Source: Saccostrea echinata (lineage: Eukaryota). From it: DNA of 64,000 nt. Position 1 is the first letter of the stretch. Each line of letters starts with the position of its first letter. Positions 61,537 to 64,000 of the stretch are shown piece after piece. The DNA is taken from NCBI RefSeq assembly GCF_033153115.1, contig NW_026889758.1, forward strand, positions 44,516,001-44,580,000, given 5' to 3'. The notes under the pieces are model-generated. The model saw only the letters and a list, made by a program, of their open reading frames with translations, was not told where the DNA came from and ran no database searches. The translations under genes were made by a program, and so were the position numbers.

Positions 61537-64000
61537 TACAGTGTTATATCATTTCCAATTTTTGAGTTATTTTTAAAATTTATATTGCAAGGACTTAACT
61601 TTGCCATTCAGCTTTTTCTTTTTGCTCATCATCATCTTGGTTTTAATACTGTTTTACCTTGCAGAATTCAAGAAAGTTTTATAATAACAGTCCTAATACC
61701 TGTACACTTTTCTTTTCTTCTAGTGAGTAGGTGTAAAGTGTATGGATGATCAGTGGGATTCCTTAAAGCATGATCGCAAAGTCCATCCATTCCTCAACAA
61801 ATGTTGTCTTACATGATAGTGTTATGACATCTGTTCCTTCCAATGACAGCATGCACCAGTGGCTTCACAAGCCACATGACTAGAGAGAGAGAGAGAGAGA
61901 TGCTGGCAATGCATGGCATACATCTATATTTTCTTTATAAACTGAATTCATTTTGTCATTATCCAACACGTTCAAGTCAAAGTTGGCTGAATGTTTGTTT
62001 CATGCTGGAGTTATTAGTGCTGTTCATGTGTATATTTTTATTAAGAGTTTTCTATTGATACTGTATATTTAAAATGGCAGGCTTTGCATAGTTGATGCTG
62101 TTTATATCACAAATCATATATAATTTCTTACTGTGTACAAGGGTTTTGTAGATTTAGATTTAAAGATTGTAAAGCAGGTTATAATTGAATATTGAATGAA
62201 TTCTGTTGAGATACATGTATGTGTTGCTGAAAATTGTTGGAAATTAAACTTAGCATACTAGATGATTCTTACACACAAATTATAAAACATATTTTTGAAT
62301 ACATAAATTGTTATTTATTTTATTAAGAAAGGCTCACAAATATATTCACATTAAATTAGTTGGACAATGCTAATACAAAATCACACTATATATTAATGCT
62401 TTATTTTTCTTGTACATAATTTTCTTTTTTTTTCTATTATTTTAATGACATTATTTATGAGTTTATGACTTTTTTTTTCATTTTATGCCATCTTAAGTGT
62501 ATTTCTTCTATGACATTGCTATCAGTGCATGAACAAATAATATGTTGAAAAAAGCTTGACCCTGTGGTATAAAGCATGACCCCATGGTGTAAAGCATGAC
62601 CCTGGTGTGTAAGGTCTGTTTTATTCAATGGGCGATATCCACTACAAGAATGTATTAATTTAACTATAACACTTGTTGGTTTGTACTTTCACAATGTTAC
62701 TATATTCATGGTTGTGCTATGGTTTATTACTTTTATATGCATGAACAACATTTAGCAATAGACTCATAGATGCAAGTCATTCCATTGTTCATATTTGATG
62801 TTACTTTATTTGATTAACACATATCATAGTTATTATAATCAAAACCTAGGTATGTTTCATTGGAGATCTACAAAGCCCACATGAATAAAAATGAGTGGAT
62901 GTTGCTGCCATTACATTTTAAGTATTTAAGTGGTTATTTTTGGACACATACATGCTATTTATATTTATTTCATACTATGGTTAGAAACCTTTATCACATT
63001 TCACCCTTATTTATTTTCATTGTTCATAAGTCCACAGCTATTAAGGTAGTTCTAACTATCCCTCTATAAGTTCATATTTTTTTTCTCTTTGTTTATTTGA
63101 CCACTGACAACATTAAGGTTATAGGAGTTTGTGGGTTTTTACATATTTTTATACTAATGCATAAACTACCAAAGCAGAATTGCATTTGCTCACCAAGTAC
63201 TATACCTCTCCCAGTTTTCTGTTTTTTTTTTTTTTTTGTTTTTTGTTTTGATTGTTAAAGACAAATAATTTTATTTGTGCTGTTAAATGCATCTCACACT
63301 GTACAAATTTGTATTTTTGCTGCAGTTTTGTTTTTCAGTGTTTTTGCCTCAAGATAAATGAAACTAACCCAGTGACATTAACATACACAGTAAATCAATA
63401 GAAAAACGGACAAGTCAAATGAAAAAAATAAATAAATAAAATGATTTTTTTGGGGGGTATAGAAAAACATGAAAATTAATTACTGTAAGCAAATTTTACG
63501 TTGTAGACAGTATTTATTGTGTATAATATCATATATGCATAATAATTTTCAAAAGTGAAAAAACACCTTTTTTTGTGAAAGTTAGGAGAGACAAATTACT
63601 GCAAAGTTAATTAAACTTTTTTACGATTCTAAGACTTATAAGTGTTTATAAATACATGTACTGAAATTTTTGACCATTGTTGGGTTCAGTAATGCAATTT
63701 AACAAGAGGGAAGTAAGGGGGGATTTGACTTTTCTTTAACTTAGAATGTCTTCAAAATTGATGAAAGGTTACCCAGTGATTTATTTCCAATTGTACATGT
63801 CTGTAGGATATGTCCTGCAACATTCAGTCTTTATTTAGTTTACTTACTAGCATTTTTTTCTCAGTCTCCAAGAGTGCAGATTTTATTCACAGTTTACTTA
63901 TGGTTTACCAGCATATGTGCCATTTTGATATATATGTATTTATCAACTGCTATTTAGTCACTTTTTGCTAATTTGTAACAGTGATACTTTTGTACGTTTA

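Noticed and set aside
62553-62615. Three ~21-bp repeats (AAAGCATGACCC…) downstream of the SPTLC2 stop
   Set aside because: Short degenerate micro-duplication with no further structure.

Overview
AT-rich, intron-rich animal genomic DNA. The repeat landscape (Helentron/HINE-like elements with ~165-bp central arrays) points to a bivalve, probably an oyster; this is inference. Three host genes can be reconstructed exon by exon with GT-AG boundaries and consistent phases. (1) The 5' part of an ASPG-like L-asparaginase/60-kDa lysophospholipase (minus strand, 5 exons, runs off the left edge). (2) A complete reticulon (minus, 8 exons, 338 aa). (3) A complete serine palmitoyltransferase long-chain base subunit 2 (plus, 12 exons, 558 aa), head-to-head with the reticulon, with 281 bp between the start codons. 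SPTLC2 intron 9 holds a young 6.3-kb Ngaro-type tyrosine-recombinase retrotransposon (gag, RT/RNaseH, YR, SGNH hydrolase; split direct repeats A1...B1-A2-spacer-B2). Its hydrolase ORF has no ATG ahead of its catalytic serine but can be completed in frame by one env-like splice from the gag leader. Its gag zinc finger is interrupted by an in-frame TGA. ASPG intron 3 is largely a 38-bp minisatellite made of the gene's own exon-end plus splice donor. Introns also contain many MITEs (hAT, Harbinger, Tc1/mariner-like, Academ-like), a long foldback element, tRNA-bearing mini LTR elements and nested Helentron-like elements. All coordinates were read by hand, and no database searches were run.
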